A DNA stretch of 64,000 bases from Bdellovibrionota bacterium (GCA_041739995.1 JBGSMV010000043.1:18241-82240), one strand, 5' to 3'; counted from the first letter of the stretch, positions 44,706 through 54,042 are shown. Made by a program: numbers and translations. Notes: generated from the letters alone by a model not told the origin.

Positions 44706-45932
44706 ATGCCCGTCTTTGAATACACCGCGATCTCCTCCTCCGGCAAAACGTCCCGTGGCTCCGTTGATGCGGAGAACGTTCGTGTAGCGCGACAACGCCT
44801 GCGCCAACAAGGTGTTTTCCCCACAGAGATCAAGGAAGGGATGGCAGCAAGAAAGGCTGCCACCCGCGACGTCAGCAAGTACTTTCAATCAGATAGTATT
44901 TCTACTGGAGATCTTGCGATCGCCACCCGTCAACTCGCCACTCTCTCAGGCGCAGGACTCCCTCTCGTTTCGGCCCTCTCTGCTTTGGGAGACCAGACGG
45001 AGTCACAGGCACTTAAGAGAATCATCGTCGACGTGAAGGAGAAGGTAGAGGAAGGCACCTCGCTCGCTAAGGCCATGGGCGGATTTCCAAAATCTTTTCC
45101 AAAACTGTACGTCAATATGGTAGCCTCGGGCGAAGCCTCAGGCACGCTGGATGCGGTGCTCACGAATCTTGCCGACTATCTCGAAGCGCAACTCGAACTG
45201 AAACGAAAAGTCACCGCAGCGCTCACCTATCCGATCCTCATGTTGGTGATATGCAGCCTGGTGGTGGTGGTGCTGCTCGTATGGGTTGTTCCGAAGATCG
45301 TGGATATTTTCATCAAGCAGAAGATCGCTCTCCCGCTCCCCACCCGCATTATGCTGGGGATTTCGAACGGAATAATTGACTATTGGTTTGTACTCATTGC
45401 CCTTGGCGCGCTGCTGGCCTGGTTGATGCGCTGGTACTACGCCCAACCACATGGGCGAGAACGCATAGATCGTCTAATTCTACGCGTGCCAATTTATGGA
45501 CCTGTGTTCTTAAAGGTGAACACCGCGCGCGTTATGCGCACCCTTGGAACGCTTCTTGAAAGTGGCGTTGGATTGCTCGCCGCCCTCGATATAACAAAAA
45601 ATCTCGTCAATAACGTTCACCTTGTACGCGCCATCGAGGATGCACGCGAGGGCGTTCAAGAAGGCCGCTCCCTGGCTCGCGAACTATCGAAAAGCGGGCT
45701 GTTCCCTCCCATGGTGGGGCACATGATCGCGGTGGGAGAAAAGAGCGGCGAGCTAGAAGGCATGCTTACAAAGGTGGGAAAGATCTACGAGAATGAGGTT
45801 AATGCTATCCTTGGTGGTATCACTCGCCTGATTGAACCTCTTATGATGGTCGGTGTAGGGCTGGTGGTGTTTTCCATCGTCATGTCGGTGCTTATGCCCA
45901 TGACCGAGCTCATCAACCTGGTTGAGCAATAG
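44706..45932 (+). CDS. gspF: Type II secretion inner-membrane platform protein
   Basis: 408 aa with the duplicated GspF domain architecture and three TM segments. It lies 7 nt after gspE. Confidence 0.88.
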   Translation: MPVFEYTAISSSGKTSRGSVDAENVRVARQRLRQQGVFPTEIKEGMAARKAATRDVSKYFQSDSISTGDLAIATRQLATLSGAGLPLVSALSALGDQTESQALKRIIVDVKEKVEEGTSLAKAMGGFPKSFPKLYVNMVASGEASGTLDAVLTNLADYLEAQLELKRKVTAALTYPILMLVICSLVVVVLLVWVVPKIVDIFIKQKIALPLPTRIMLGISNGIIDYWFVLIALGALLAWLMRWYYAQPHGRERIDRLILRVPIYGPVFLKVNTARVMRTLGTLLESGVGLLAALDITKNLVNNVHLVRAIEDAREGVQEGRSLARELSKSGLFPPMVGHMIAVGEKSGELEGMLTKVGKIYENEVNAILGGITRLIEPLMMVGVGLVVFSIVMSVLMPMTELINLVEQ

Positions 45933-46000
45933 GTACCGAATCGCTCGCTTGTGCTCCGACGGGGCTTTGGATATCCTCTGAAGATACAAGGGCTTGCATT

Positions 46001-46462
46001 ATGAAACACAATTCGATCTCAAGTATTTTCTCTCGTCTCACTTCCCGTTCGGGTACTCGAAGAAGTGAGACCGGCTTGACCTTGATTGAAATCATGGTGG
46101 TGCTCATCATTTTGAGCCTCGTAATGGCTTGGCTTGGGACCGGACTTTTTGCTAAAGGCGATGAAGCAAAGCAGCGTCTTACACAGCTTAAGATCAAAGA
46201 GGTCGGCAATCTTATCGGCCAGTTTCAACTACAGTATAATAAGCTTCCCACCTCGCTAGAGGATCTGACCCGCTGCACCGAGGCTACTGGACAAAATTGC
46301 ATACCAGTCACCTCAGAAGACAAGTTAGCCGATGCGTGGAACAACAAGTTCACCTATTCGACCGAGGAGTCGGGCAGACGTTACCGTATTAAGAGTCTCG
46401 GTCGTGATGGTCGAGAAGGCGGCGAGGGAGCTGATGCAGATCTTTTTGGTACTGGCCCTTAA
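46001..46462 (+). CDS. gspG: Major pseudopilin
   Basis: The prepilin site is ETG/LTLIEIMVVLIILSLV, with Glu at +5. The C-terminal Ca-site-like segment is GRDGREGGEGADADLFG. The leader is 25 aa. Confidence 0.88.
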   Translation: MKHNSISSIFSRLTSRSGTRRSETGLTLIEIMVVLIILSLVMAWLGTGLFAKGDEAKQRLTQLKIKEVGNLIGQFQLQYNKLPTSLEDLTRCTEATGQNCIPVTSEDKLADAWNNKFTYSTEESGRRYRIKSLGRDGREGGEGADADLFGTGP

Positions 46463-46522
46463 TGCACCTGAGGTGGCACAAAGCACCTCGAATGTGGTTC
46501 TAAAACATGAGTCAGAGTCCCT

Positions 46523-47299
46523 GTGATTCAAGCCAGGCCACATTGCATTCTTGAGAAACCACAGACGCCTCGTCCCTCACCTGCAAATTTGTCTTACGCT
46601 CCATTACACGGCTCGCCCCCTACTTCAACACGACGCACCAACACACCAAGAAGCAACAAAAACTTATCCTGCTCGCCTGGGTTCACCCTAATCGAACTCG
46701 TAGTAGTGATCGCCATCATTGCGGTGCTTCTCACATTGTTCGGCCTCCGCACTGGTACCTTTAGCTACTGGAAAGACGAGGGATTCCTTCGTCGCCTGTC
46801 CGAGACCATGACGTTTCTTCATCGTCAGGCAGTGATTGATGGCTCTTTTTACCGCTTGGAGTTTGATTTCGACCGGCGCGAGTACAAAGTTGGAATGATC
46901 GTGGGCAGTACTGGCAACGCCCAAGGGACGACGGGGGCCACATCAAGTCTATTGGGAAACTTAAGCATTGAGCTCAACGAAATTATAAGCCCGGCCCTCG
47001 GCAGCACTCAGGTACTGATTGATCCGCCCTCATTCCCTTCTCTGGCTCAAGCAGTCGAGTTTCCCGGACAGATCGTACTTGAGCGCATTCGAAATCCTCG
47101 AGGCGAGTTCGTCGCTAGCGACGGAGAAAAGCCCTTTATTTTATTTTCCCCGCGTGGCTTCTCGGAGTTCGCCGTAATTAACTTTAGAATGAGTGACGGG
47201 AATCCAGTCACTCTTGCAGTCAATTCGTTTACCGGATTAACCGACGTCTATAGAGAGGAGAGAGATTTTGAGTGGTCCTATGGTCGCTCCCCTTCTTAA
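46523..47299 (+). CDS. gspH: Minor pseudopilin (GspH-like by position)
   Basis: The prepilin site is SPG/FTLIELVVVIAIIAVLL. The only in-frame starts upstream are GTG 46523 and TTG 46589, giving a 53- or 31-aa leader. Confidence 0.6.
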   Translation: MIQARPHCILEKPQTPRPSPANLSYAPLHGSPPTSTRRTNTPRSNKNLSCSPGFTLIELVVVIAIIAVLLTLFGLRTGTFSYWKDEGFLRRLSETMTFLHRQAVIDGSFYRLEFDFDRREYKVGMIVGSTGNAQGTTGATSSLLGNLSIELNEIISPALGSTQVLIDPPSFPSLAQAVEFPGQIVLERIRNPRGEFVASDGEKPFILFSPRGFSEFAVINFRMSDGNPVTLAVNSFTGLTDVYREERDFEWSYGRSPS

Positions 47300-47312
47300 C
47301 CTGGGAATATTT

Positions 47313-47843
47313 ATGCTGAAGGCGCCAGCACGTGCGTGCCGGTTTTGGCTACCCAGCACTATTGGTAAGCAGCCTCGCTCCCGAGAAGCGCTGGCACTCA
47401 CCCCTAGAATCCGGGGCCAGGCGGGCTTTACCCTCATCGAGATTACTGTGGCAATTGTGATTCTTGCCACGTCTCTGATTATCCTGCTTGGGCTTCAATC
47501 CTCCTCGGTGCAAAGAGCGGTCTATGATCGCAACGCGCAGCAGGCGATGCTTATTGCTCGTGAGATACTTTCGGCGATCGATATCGCCAAGGACCCGGGG
47601 CTTCTTGGTGAGGCCTTCGGCAGCCCAGAAGAAGTGCTAAGAGACGTGCTGGGATCCGCTTCACTCCCTGCTGATGGGCTTGACCCGGCAGGAAAGTTTG
47701 ATGTTGATCTGAAATTTGAAGAAATCGAACTGCCGATTCCCAATCTTGGCTCCGAGCACCTGCGAAAGGCAACTTTGGCGATACGATGGCCAGGCAGCCC
47801 GGAACAAGGCCTCGTAATCGACTACTATCTGGTGGTGGGATAG
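47313..47843 (+). CDS. gspI: Minor pseudopilin (GspI-like by position)
   Basis: The prepilin site is QAG/FTLIEITVAIVILATSLIIL. ATG 47313 is 13 nt after the gspH stop; alternatives are TTG 47268 and ATG 47280. The leader is at least 38 aa. Confidence 0.6.
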   Translation: MLKAPARACRFWLPSTIGKQPRSREALALTPRIRGQAGFTLIEITVAIVILATSLIILLGLQSSSVQRAVYDRNAQQAMLIAREILSAIDIAKDPGLLGEAFGSPEEVLRDVLGSASLPADGLDPAGKFDVDLKFEEIELPIPNLGSEHLRKATLAIRWPGSPEQGLVIDYYLVVG

Positions 47844-47844
47844 G

Positions 47845-48720
47845 ATGAGCAAACCATCCTTCAATAGGACTGGCCACACGGAGACGGCGAGGACCGTAAA
47901 CGCGCTCCACTGTACGATGCAGCATAGTTCAATACGACACAGTGAAATACAACACAGTGCAATACGACACAGTGCAATACGACATAGCGCAAAACGTAAC
48001 TGCGCTGCTGGTTTTACGCTAATCGAGCTTGTGATCTCTATCGCACTTCTCACCGTAATCATGTCGGTGGCCTATTCGTCGCTTACCGCGATCGTAAGCA
48101 GCAAGGCTGCGCTTGACGATGGGCGAGACGCTGATCTTGCGGCCAACTCTCTATTGCTACGCATGACTCGGGAGCTTGGAAGCATTGAGCTTAAGCCGTC
48201 AAACGGTAACCTTAATCCTTGTCCTCCTTCACCTCCTGCTTCGGCCAGTCATACTCCAGTCCTTGGACTTCGGGAGACGCTTAGGAATGGAGAGCGAGGT
48301 GACTCGATAAGCTTTATCGCTTCTAATGTAGGGCAGTACCTGCCAGACGGGGGCACGCACACGGGACTTGTACAAATCACGTATCGCGTCGAAGAGGTAT
48401 CGGAGAACCCGGAGGCGATACAAAGTTACCGAATGCTGCGAGAAGAGCTGCCCTATCCTGGCCCAAGCAAAGCGAAGGCAGGCTCGAATCTCCCCCCAGG
48501 TGCATCCCCGGCATGCTCCGAAATGTTTCGCTTTGCTCTTACCGAGCGGCTCACGAGCCTTAAATTCGAATATTACGATCAGCAGAATCAACGCTGGGAA
48601 GACTCCATCGGATCAGGCAGCGTTCCGGCTCGAGCGCGCCTGGTAAGATTTTCCATCAAGCTCACCTCACCTCTGGGCATTGAACGCCTCTACGCATCTT
48701 CGGTTCCGATCCAAGAGTAA
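47845..48720 (+). CDS. gspJ: Minor pseudopilin (GspJ-like by position)
   Basis: The prepilin site is AAG/FTLIELVISIALLTVIM. ATG 47845 is 1 nt after the gspI stop and follows GGTGGTGGGA. The leader is 56 aa (32 aa from the internal ATG) and contains a pentapeptide repeat. Confidence 0.55.
   Translation: MSKPSFNRTGHTETARTVNALHCTMQHSSIRHSEIQHSAIRHSAIRHSAKRNCAAGFTLIELVISIALLTVIMSVAYSSLTAIVSSKAALDDGRDADLAANSLLLRMTRELGSIELKPSNGNLNPCPPSPPASASHTPVLGLRETLRNGERGDSISFIASNVGQYLPDGGTHTGLVQITYRVEEVSENPEAIQSYRMLREELPYPGPSKAKAGSNLPPGASPACSEMFRFALTERLTSLKFEYYDQQNQRWEDSIGSGSVPARARLVRFSIKLTSPLGIERLYASSVPIQE
47931..47990. repeat. 15-bp tandem repeat x4 (AATACGACACAGTGC-like) inside the gspJ-like leader
   Basis: The four units are at 47931-45, 47946-60, 47961-75 and 47976-90, with 0-3 mismatches. 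They encode IRHSE-IQHSA-IRHSA-IRHSA. Degenerate copies flank the array. Confidence 0.9.
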
Positions 48721-48973
48721 TCATCCTCGGATCTGGGTTCCGCGACGGATTAGATGCAAGCTCCCTGATAAATCTAAAAATCAAGAACGAAAGCTTCCTC
48801 GACGCTTACGAGGAAAATGCGCGCAGACACTTCTGATTGCCTCACCTACGAAGTTCCCCTACTCACCTTCATAGAGTCCGCCTAAAACCTCGTAAATTCT
48901 CCCATGGAGCAAGGCTTCAACGAAGAGGACTAGAGAACAGAAGAACTAGTGTTGCCTGTGATCCCTACATCCT

Positions 48974-49324
48974 ATGAAGGCTCAAAACGTTATCCGCAAA
49001 ATTGATTCATCTTGCTCCGCCGGCGCAAGCATTGCCGAAGCTCTGCTGCTGGTTAGCTTTTGCTCGCTCTTCGTGGTCGCAGGCCTCAATATTTTCTCCA
49101 AGGGAGTTACTTACTCATACTGCAAAGCCGCCCTTGAGGTAGCCAGTGTAAATGGTGGAGGTACGGATGAAGCGACTGAGGGCGAAAGCGGAACCGACCG
49201 TTCCCCAGATCGAAGAAGACGTTCTGACCTCGAGGCTTCAGAAATATCGATTCAGACTTGTGTCGCCACTGCCCGTGGCGCGCGTGGAGTTTCCGGCGGT
49301 GGGAGATTCGGCAGTCCTCGATGA
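48974..49324 (+). CDS. Questionable ORF with a Flp-like prepilin N-terminus
   Basis: The N-terminus is MKAQNVIRKIDSSCSAG/ASIAEALLLVSFCSLFVVAGLNIF, with Gly at -1, Glu at +5 and a hydrophobic helix. There is no clear SD. The C-terminal half looks non-coding and overlaps a second frame ORF (49152..49496). Confidence 0.25.
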   Translation: MKAQNVIRKIDSSCSAGASIAEALLLVSFCSLFVVAGLNIFSKGVTYSYCKAALEVASVNGGGTDEATEGESGTDRSPDRRRRSDLEASEISIQTCVATARGARGVSGGGRFGSPR

Positions 49325-49566
49325 GGCGAAACCACTTCTCTCAAAAAATTGGGCTACGTGCATTTGCCCAGTAAGCTTCGCACCGATCCAATGCACCAGG
49401 GGCAATCCTTCGTCAACGAATGGTTTCAACCTCATGCCTTGCCCTCTAACCTCGACCGACACGGCTCGCATCATCCGATATAGAATTCTCTATTGACGTC
49501 TTAAGAAATAGTCGCCAACTTTATGCAGTCCTCTCCTTCAAATTGCTTTTAAACGACGAGAATAGC

Positions 49567-50178
49567 ATGGAAAACGAAGCAGCCCTTTTCCACCAGCGGT
49601 CCGCTCCTACTCCTGGAAAATTAGCGCCCTCTCCTATAGGAAGCATGAACTTCAATGTTCTCCGCGCAATACTGGAAGAACATCGACTGTTAAAGCTAAA
49701 TCGCGGTGCGGAAATTGGGGTGTTCCGGGCAGACACCTCCTCCCACCTTCTTCAGTCTTTTCCTGAGTTACAGATGTACTGCATAGATCCGTATGTAGCC
49801 TATGTCGAACACGAGGGCGACAAGACCCAGGCAAAGATGTCTGAGTGCGAGACCACTGCTCGCTCCCGACTTGCTCCATTTGGAGATCGCGTCACCTTGA
49901 TTAAGGATTTTTCGCTCCAGGCTGCCTCCCGTATCCCTGACGCCGCACTCGATTTCGTCTTTATCGATGCTATCCACTCCTTCGAAGCAGTCTCAGCCGA
50001 CCTACAAGCTTGGTTTCCAAAAGTCCGGCCTGGGGGAATGATTGCGGGTCATGATTTTCGGTGGGGCGGGATTCAGGAAGCAGTCGAACAGTTCATCGCC
50101 CCGCTTGGCATTGGAGGATTTTTCTCTCCATCCACAAGCGATGTGTGGTTTTTCCAAAAAGGAAATGTCGCTCCCTAA
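49567..50178 (+). CDS. Class I SAM-dependent methyltransferase
   Basis: The ORF opens at TTG 49543, with ATG at 49567. The pattern FVFIDAIHSFEAVSADLQAWFPKVRPGGMIAGHDF parallels the VVVDGGHQY...GGVLLIDDY pattern of the ORF at 12298. Confidence 0.6.
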   Translation: MENEAALFHQRSAPTPGKLAPSPIGSMNFNVLRAILEEHRLLKLNRGAEIGVFRADTSSHLLQSFPELQMYCIDPYVAYVEHEGDKTQAKMSECETTARSRLAPFGDRVTLIKDFSLQAASRIPDAALDFVFIDAIHSFEAVSADLQAWFPKVRPGGMIAGHDFRWGGIQEAVEQFIAPLGIGGFFSPSTSDVWFFQKGNVAP

Positions 50179-50311
50179 AGACGACCATCGCCGTTGCCAC
50201 ATTTCAAAGCACCTTTATCTTATTGCTCTTGAATCAAAGAGTTCCGCTGTGAGGCATAGAGAAACGACCCCAAGTACTTAAGTTTAGTACGGCTACAAAG
50301 TCTGGAGAACT

Positions 50312-51235
50312 CTAGCTGGCCTTCTTGGTATCAAGCAGCTTAGTCGCCAGCGCAAACATAGAACCTAAATCAGTCAAATTTGCAGGCAGAACGATGGTGT
50401 TGTTCGTCCGCGCGATATTTCCAAACTGTTGAATGTACTGCTCGGCAATTCGAAGCTTCATGGCCTCTTGCCCACTCGCATCCCCAAGCACCTCACCAAC
50501 ACGACGCAGACCCTGCGCGGTTGCTTCAGCCACTGAAAGAATCGCGGCGGCTTCGCCTTCTGCTTCATTGATTTGAAGTTGCTTATTTGCTTCTGATTCT
50601 TTGATGACTTTTTGTTTGTCACCTTCTGCAGAGTTGATCGCTGCGTCGCGCTCACCTTCTGAGGTCAGGATCTTGGCGCGTTTCTCTCGCTCTGCGCGCA
50701 TCTGCTTTTCCATGGCCTGTAACACTTCATGCGGCGGATTGATGTTCTTAATTTCATAACGAAGCACCTTAACGCCCCAAGAAGTAGAGGCCTTGTCAAC
50801 CTCCGCCACTACCGATTGGTTAATAAGGGCGCGCGCCTCAAAAGTCTTATCAAGATCAATCTGGCCGACCTCACTTCGAAGCGTGGTTTGTGCCAATTGA
50901 ATCAAGGCATCAAGGTAATTAGAAATACCGTAAGAAGCATCATGCGGATCGAGAACCTGCAGATACAGAACCCCATCAACGCCGACCTGTACGTTGTCCT
51001 TGGTGATACAAACTTGCTCGGGAATATCGAGCGCCTGCTCTTTAAGAGTATGGCGGTAACTGATTTTATCCAAAAAAGGGATAAGGAAGTGAAATCCTGC
51101 GTATAGCGTCCCACGGTACTTTCCCATGCGCTCAACGACAAATGCGCTCTGCTGAGGAACAATGACTGCTGTCTTGAAGAGAACGACAACGAAGAATATA
51201 GCGAACGCAATGACTATAAAAATAACCGGTCCCAT
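50312..51235 (-). CDS. SPFH/band-7 (stomatin-like) protein
   Basis: 307 aa with an N-terminal TM. VPQQSAFVVERMGKYRGTLYAGFHFLIPFLDKI is typical of QmcA/stomatin homologs. It has a coiled-coil C-terminus. Confidence 0.88.
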   Translation of the reverse strand: MGPVIFIVIAFAIFFVVVLFKTAVIVPQQSAFVVERMGKYRGTLYAGFHFLIPFLDKISYRHTLKEQALDIPEQVCITKDNVQVGVDGVLYLQVLDPHDASYGISNYLDALIQLAQTTLRSEVGQIDLDKTFEARALINQSVVAEVDKASTSWGVKVLRYEIKNINPPHEVLQAMEKQMRAEREKRAKILTSEGERDAAINSAEGDKQKVIKESEANKQLQINEAEGEAAAILSVAEATAQGLRRVGEVLGDASGQEAMKLRIAEQYIQQFGNIARTNNTIVLPANLTDLGSMFALATKLLDTKKAS

Positions 51236-51259
51236 ACCTGCTCCTACACTTCGACTAAA

Positions 51260-51709
51260 CTATTGATTGTTTTCAGAGGAAGGACTTCCCCCGACAACCA
51301 GCATAATTCCCTCAACGCGGGTTACCACACAGCGCTGACCAACTTTTAGCGATTCTGCTCCATCATTCCGCAAGCTCCAAGACGCCCCGCGGAGTTCGCC
51401 ACTACCCACCCCTCTCGGTTCAACATCAGTAGTGAGAGTAACCGTCTGACCCTGAGGGCCACGATCTGCATCCTTTTCGCCTGAATCCGTCCGCCCCATC
51501 ATGTAACTGCGCACGTACATCAAAAGGGCAGACGAGAACAAGACGAATAGAATCCAATGCAACCAGGCAGGACCGCCGAGACCAATAAAGACCACTAATC
51601 CGGTCGCGACCGCTCCAATGCCAATAAGAAAGACGAAGAAACCCGTCGGTAGAAAAAGTTCGAGGGCCAGCAACGCCAAACCAAAGAAAATCCAAAGCCA
51701 CCATTCCAT
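51260..51709 (-). CDS. NfeD-family membrane protein
   Basis: 149 aa with three TM helices and a C-terminal OB-like segment (GQRCVVTRVEGIMLVV). This is the classical NfeD-SPFH gene pair. Confidence 0.8.
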   Translation of the reverse strand: MEWWLWIFFGLALLALELFLPTGFFVFLIGIGAVATGLVVFIGLGGPAWLHWILFVLFSSALLMYVRSYMMGRTDSGEKDADRGPQGQTVTLTTDVEPRGVGSGELRGASWSLRNDGAESLKVGQRCVVTRVEGIMLVVGGSPSSENNQ

Positions 51710-51965
51710 GGCTCCGTCTTAGGTCAGGACTATAAAATTGTCAAAGAATTTCAATGTGCTGCCCCGATTCCACGCAGGCTGAGTATCGTCGATTCCTTCC
51801 AAGCCGCTACTATAAATGATCTAGATTGCCTGGAGGTATTTTGAGAGAAGGGGTCGGGCCAGCTCTGTCCAGCTACGGATAGCTGTTTACTCGCTTTCCT
51901 CAGAGGCTGAAGCCTTCTATCACTCCTAATATCTGGTCGAACTTCCTACATGAGTGGCCCCTGAT

Positions 51966-52985
51966 ATGCCTAGAGAACGAATTCATTGGGAGTTGATGAG
52001 GCAAGCGAGCGCCAAACTCAACCACCAGCATGGCTTCGGAAAAGTGCTCTCTGAACAACCAAGGCTCTCGATGCTGGGGGCTATTTTGCCGGACGTGCCC
52101 TATTACCTCGAGAGAGGGAAAAGCCAGGACGGAAATGCACTTGGCGACTTTCTGCATGGTCGGCATGGAGAAGACACCTTCGAGCCACTAAGGCACTGGT
52201 CGTCGTCGATCCGAGAACTCCCAGAGACCCAGCAACCGGCGTCTTGGGCCTTATGGGCTGGGTTCCTTTCCCATTGCATTGTGGACCAAACCTTTCACCC
52301 AATGGTTTATTGGCACACTGGCGACTATCACGCTCCAGACGAAACGGAGAAATCTGACGCTCGAATAAACCATCGGGTATTCGAGGTACTCCTCGACTCA
52401 CTAGTGCGCGAAAGATCACTTCCATCGACAGTCGAAGAACTGCGCTCGCAAGTGGATTGGCAATCAGGGGCCGCACTACATATTTTTACCAAATCCATAG
52501 ATCCGCTCTTTGCGCAGAGGAAACGAGAACACGATGGTTCGATAATTTCGATCTCAGATCTCAGCGCAGCATGGAGACAGGGCTTGGCTGCATACTCAAC
52601 GATACATCGTTTAGCACAGTCTTGTTTGGTCGGGGCAGGGCTGCGCACGATCGCGTATGTCTCCGCCAACAGGCGCTTTCGAGAGATCTCAGCCTTATGT
52701 GCGTTCGGGCGCACGGCTGAGGCGTCAGCCTATTCAAAAAAAGTTAAATTCCAGAATCCAGTCACGGCTCAAGCACTCGAGACTTCGATCTCTGATTTAA
52801 TGGAGGTCGCCCGCGCCCGCTTTTTATCGGAACTAATGCTCTGTGATGACTTCATTGAAGGGCGCACTTCTTTGCAACACGCCCCCCTTTCTGTGCAAGG
52901 AGGCACCTCCCTCGCCTACGGAGTGTTTGGGGCAAGTGATTGCGACGGGAAGTACTTTGCACCCGCGCTCACTCCATTTTTCTAG
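51966..52985 (+). CDS. Zinc-dependent phospholipase C family-like metal hydrolase
   Basis: The ORF opens at GTG 51954, with ATG at 51966. The pattern HWEL...LGAILPDVPYY...LHGRHGEDT...GFLSHCIVDQTFHPMVY resembles the His/Asp-rich motifs of the Zn-PLC-like family. No signal peptide is seen. Confidence 0.5.
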   Translation: MPRERIHWELMRQASAKLNHQHGFGKVLSEQPRLSMLGAILPDVPYYLERGKSQDGNALGDFLHGRHGEDTFEPLRHWSSSIRELPETQQPASWALWAGFLSHCIVDQTFHPMVYWHTGDYHAPDETEKSDARINHRVFEVLLDSLVRERSLPSTVEELRSQVDWQSGAALHIFTKSIDPLFAQRKREHDGSIISISDLSAAWRQGLAAYSTIHRLAQSCLVGAGLRTIAYVSANRRFREISALCAFGRTAEASAYSKKVKFQNPVTAQALETSISDLMEVARARFLSELMLCDDFIEGRTSLQHAPLSVQGGTSLAYGVFGASDCDGKYFAPALTPFF

Positions 52986-53142
52986 AATTCTTAGGTTCTA
53001 AACTCTCTAGGCGTCGGTGACACAACCCTATTCATGAGGCTTCGGCGGGACGTCGTCGGCTGTGCCTGTGTCACAGACTCCTAGAAAACTACCTTTGAAC
53101 AAGGTCTTCGCTGTCCTATCATGCCGTGCAGCACATAACTCT

Positions 53143-54009
53143 ATGAACAAGCTGAAAGAAATATCGAGTGAATCTTGGGCACCGCCGCCGACTTGTATTC
53201 CTGTTTCAAGATTTGAGTTACCTCCGAATTCCTCCAGCTCCGAAATCTCTCGAGTTGCTCTGCTCATTCATGGACTTACTGGCTCTCCGGAAGAGATGCG
53301 ACCGATAGCTGCACAGCTTGCGGCCCATGGATATCATTGCGTAGCTCCGCTTCTTTCAGGACACTGCACTTCCCTCGACGACTTGAGCAACACGCCTCTC
53401 ACAAGTTGGCAGGCCACAATTCTCAATGAGCTCGAACTTATCAAAACAAATTCGCCAACCGCGCAGGTGGTGCTGATAGGACTGTCCCTCGGTGCGCTGC
53501 TCTCGCTTTGGCTTCTGCTGGAACGCCCCCACCTGATAGCGTGCACGGTGCTTCTTTCTCCGCCACTACGCCTTCGTTCCCCAAGAGATGAGGTTCTGCA
53601 TCGATTTCTCTCATTCCTCCCCGAGTGCCTTTTGCCGCTTCTGGGTTCGCGAGCGAAGAGTCGACGTCCTGTCGGATATCTTCAATATCGTCATAATGCC
53701 TACCCCCGTCATTCAATTGCAGCGGCGGAGCGGGTTCTCCGGCTGCGCGATAGGCTGCTGAGCTCCCTGCCCAGCGCATTTCAATCTCCAGGCTCTGCCC
53801 CGCGCATTATCGCGGCCTTTGACCCACAAGACCATCTCGTAGACGCTCAATGGTCCGAGCGTTGGATTTCGACACACCTCCCAAACGCTGAAAACTTGCG
53901 CCTTGCAGGCGGGCAGCATGAGCTGCCTATAGGGCATCGTTCTAACGAACTTAGTGAGATTCTTACGGCAAAGCTCGGTCCGTCCCTTGCGAGCCCTGGG
54001 TCTAAATGA
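53143..54009 (+). CDS. Alpha/beta-fold hydrolase (esterase/lipase-like)
   Basis: The ORF opens at GTG 53062, with ATG at 53143. It has VALLIHGLTGSPEEM and the nucleophile elbow LIGLSLGA (GxSxG). No signal peptide is seen. It ends 33 nt before gspL. Confidence 0.7.
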   Translation: MNKLKEISSESWAPPPTCIPVSRFELPPNSSSSEISRVALLIHGLTGSPEEMRPIAAQLAAHGYHCVAPLLSGHCTSLDDLSNTPLTSWQATILNELELIKTNSPTAQVVLIGLSLGALLSLWLLLERPHLIACTVLLSPPLRLRSPRDEVLHRFLSFLPECLLPLLGSRAKSRRPVGYLQYRHNAYPRHSIAAAERVLRLRDRLLSSLPSAFQSPGSAPRIIAAFDPQDHLVDAQWSERWISTHLPNAENLRLAGGQHELPIGHRSNELSEILTAKLGPSLASPGSK

Positions 54010-54042
54010 GATCGTTTCGATTGCACAAGGAAGGATTATCGC

